Source of the DNA: Sciscionella marina DSM 45152
Lineage (GTDB): Bacteria; Actinomycetota; Actinomycetes; Mycobacteriales; Pseudonocardiaceae
DNA length: 24,000 nucleotides
Direction: 5' to 3'
Assembly: GCF_000379465.1 (NCBI RefSeq)
Contig: NZ_KB905382.1
Location: forward strand, 144,190-168,189
The notes beneath the pieces were generated by a model. That model was given only the letters and a program-made list of their open reading frames with translations, had not been told where the DNA came from and ran no database searches. Below are positions 23,249 through 24,000 of this stretch, in pieces. Each line of letters opens with the position of its first letter. Position 1 is the stretch's first letter. The translations under genes and the position numbers were made by a program.

Positions 23249-23274
23249 ATTGCCCCTCCTCCGCGCGGGGCAAT
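23249..23274. promoter_or_regulatory. 8-bp perfect inverted repeat ATTGCCCC-N10-GGGGCAAT in the TetR/lipase intergenic region
   Basis: Read directly: arms 23249-23256 and 23267-23274, spacer tcctccgcgc. It directly abuts the 22-bp palindrome. It could be a second operator or a 5'-UTR hairpin of the TetR transcript. Confidence 0.4.
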
Positions 23275-23296
23275 ATGAACAAGGCACCTTGTTCAT
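23275..23296. promoter_or_regulatory. Candidate TetR operator: 22-bp perfect palindrome ATGAACAAGG-ca-CCTTGTTCAT
   Basis: Read directly: arms 23275-23284 and 23287-23296. It lies 43 bp upstream of the TetR start and 57 bp upstream of the lipase start. A TANNNT-type -10 candidate TAACAT (23296-23301) overlaps its right edge on the lipase strand. Confidence 0.65.
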
Positions 23297-23352
23297 AACA
23301 TGGCATCGTGTTCTACTGATCCGACTCAAACAGCGCGAACAAAGGAGTCGCG

Positions 23353-24000
23353 ATGCTTGCTCGTCTCGCACGTCTCGGTGCCGTCCTGGTACTGAGCCTC
23401 GCAGCGGTCCTCGCCGGCACGGTTTCGGCGGACGCGGCACAACAGTCCGGGGCGCGAACCTCCGGATGGAACGACAACGACTGCAAACCCGGTGCCGAAC
23501 ACCCGGAACCGGTCATCCTGGTGCACGGCATGTTCGCCAATGACCGGGTCAATTTCGCCACGATCGCGCCCGCGCTCTCCAATGCCGGGTACTGCGTGTT
23601 CTCCACGACCTACGGCGCGGGACCGCTCGGCCCCTTTATCGGCGGACTCGATCCGCTCGCGGGCAGCGCCGGGGCGCTCGGTCAGTACGTGGACCGGATC
23701 CGGGAACAGACCGGTGCCGGGAAGGTCGACCTGGTCGGCCATTCGGAAGGGAGCACCGTCCCCGCCTACTACATGAAGATGCTCGGCGGTGCGGCCAAGG
23801 TGAAGCACTACGTCGGTTTCGGCGCCAACTACCGGGGGACCACGCTGCACGGGCTCGGCACGCTCGCCAAGAAACTCGGCATCGACAAACCGCTCGCGGA
23901 CATCGGCTGCGGCGCCTGCCATGACTTTCTTCCCGGTTCGCAGTTCCTCGAAGACCTCGGCAAGGGCGGCATCGCGGTCCCCGGGCCCACGTACACCAAT
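23353..24000 (+). CDS. Secreted alpha/beta-hydrolase, class-2 (small bacterial) lipase/esterase family; 3' end beyond right window edge
   Basis: Not in the ORF track because it is open at the window edge. My translation from ATG 23353 (SD AAAGGAG at 23341-23347) reads MLARLARLGAVLVLSLAAVLAGTVSADA (signal), then ...PVILVHGMFAN..., then the nucleophile elbow VDLVGHSEGS, then ...YVGFGANYRGT... The frame stays open to position 24000. Confidence 0.8.
   Translation, partial: MLARLARLGAVLVLSLAAVLAGTVSADAAQQSGARTSGWNDNDCKPGAEHPEPVILVHGMFANDRVNFATIAPALSNAGYCVFSTTYGAGPLGPFIGGLDPLAGSAGALGQYVDRIREQTGAGKVDLVGHSEGSTVPAYYMKMLGGAAKVKHYVGFGANYRGTTLHGLGTLAKKLGIDKPLADIGCGACHDFLPGSQFLEDLGKGGIAVPGPTYTN

Noticed and set aside
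1-24000. Search for tRNA/rRNA genes, CRISPR repeats, IS terminal inverted repeats with a transposase, integrase or phage genes, and toxin-antitoxin or defence-system genes.
   Set aside because: None was found. All intergenic gaps over 100 bp (1811-1952, 6693-7008, 8871-8975, 13231-13415, 19097-19488, 23233-23352) are accounted for by promoter, operator or leader sequence or by the SARP remnant. No periodically spaced direct repeats were seen.

Overview
High-GC (roughly 70%) actinomycete chromosomal segment. The Rpf+LysM gene architecture, leaderless-looking starts and ATGA/GTGA-coupled operons suggest Mycobacteriales such as Nocardia or Rhodococcus, but the taxon is an inference. I support 23 intact or edge-truncated protein genes plus one gene remnant. 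I saw no rRNA, tRNA, CRISPR array, IS element or phage genes. Gene order, left to right: LysR (partial, -), cytochrome P450 (-), AraC (-), then a + operon of PhyH-type Fe/2OG dioxygenase with a CUT1 sugar ABC binding protein and two permeases. Next come a truncated SARP-type regulator remnant (-), a type-B carboxylesterase (-) coupled to a small 2-TM protein (-), TetR (+), MarR (-), an ACMSD-type amidohydrolase (+) and a GH63/YgjK-like secreted glycosidase (-). Then a tightly coupled + operon of polar amino-acid ABC transporter (binding protein, permease, ATPase), D-aminoacylase and a cytoplasmic class-A beta-lactamase-fold serine hydrolase. After that: Rpf-LysM resuscitation-promoting factor (-), LysR (-), a fold-type-III PLP decarboxylase (-), RpiR (+), TetR (-) and a secreted class-2 lipase (+, partial). 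Seven intact regulators among 23 genes and many secreted hydrolases give this the look of an accessory, niche-adaptation region. The most interesting signals are non-coding. (1) The rpf gene has a long, heavily nested leader with an 11-bp hairpin, a 9-bp loop-to-downstream pseudoknot and a helix touching the Shine-Dalgarno (SD) sequence. This is riboswitch-like, but the canonical ydaO core strings are not evident. (2) The 8-mer ATGTGGCA occurs three times at the translation starts of the divergent glycosidase and ABC/D-aminoacylase operons. (3) A helically phased ATGGC(A/G) repeat and inverted-repeat array lies upstream of the P450. (4) Perfect palindromic operators sit at the TetR-lipase and MarR-amidohydrolase divergent promoters. 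(5) A SARP remnant is cut off exactly where the sugar ABC block ends. All functional calls come from reading motifs in the translations. No database search was run.
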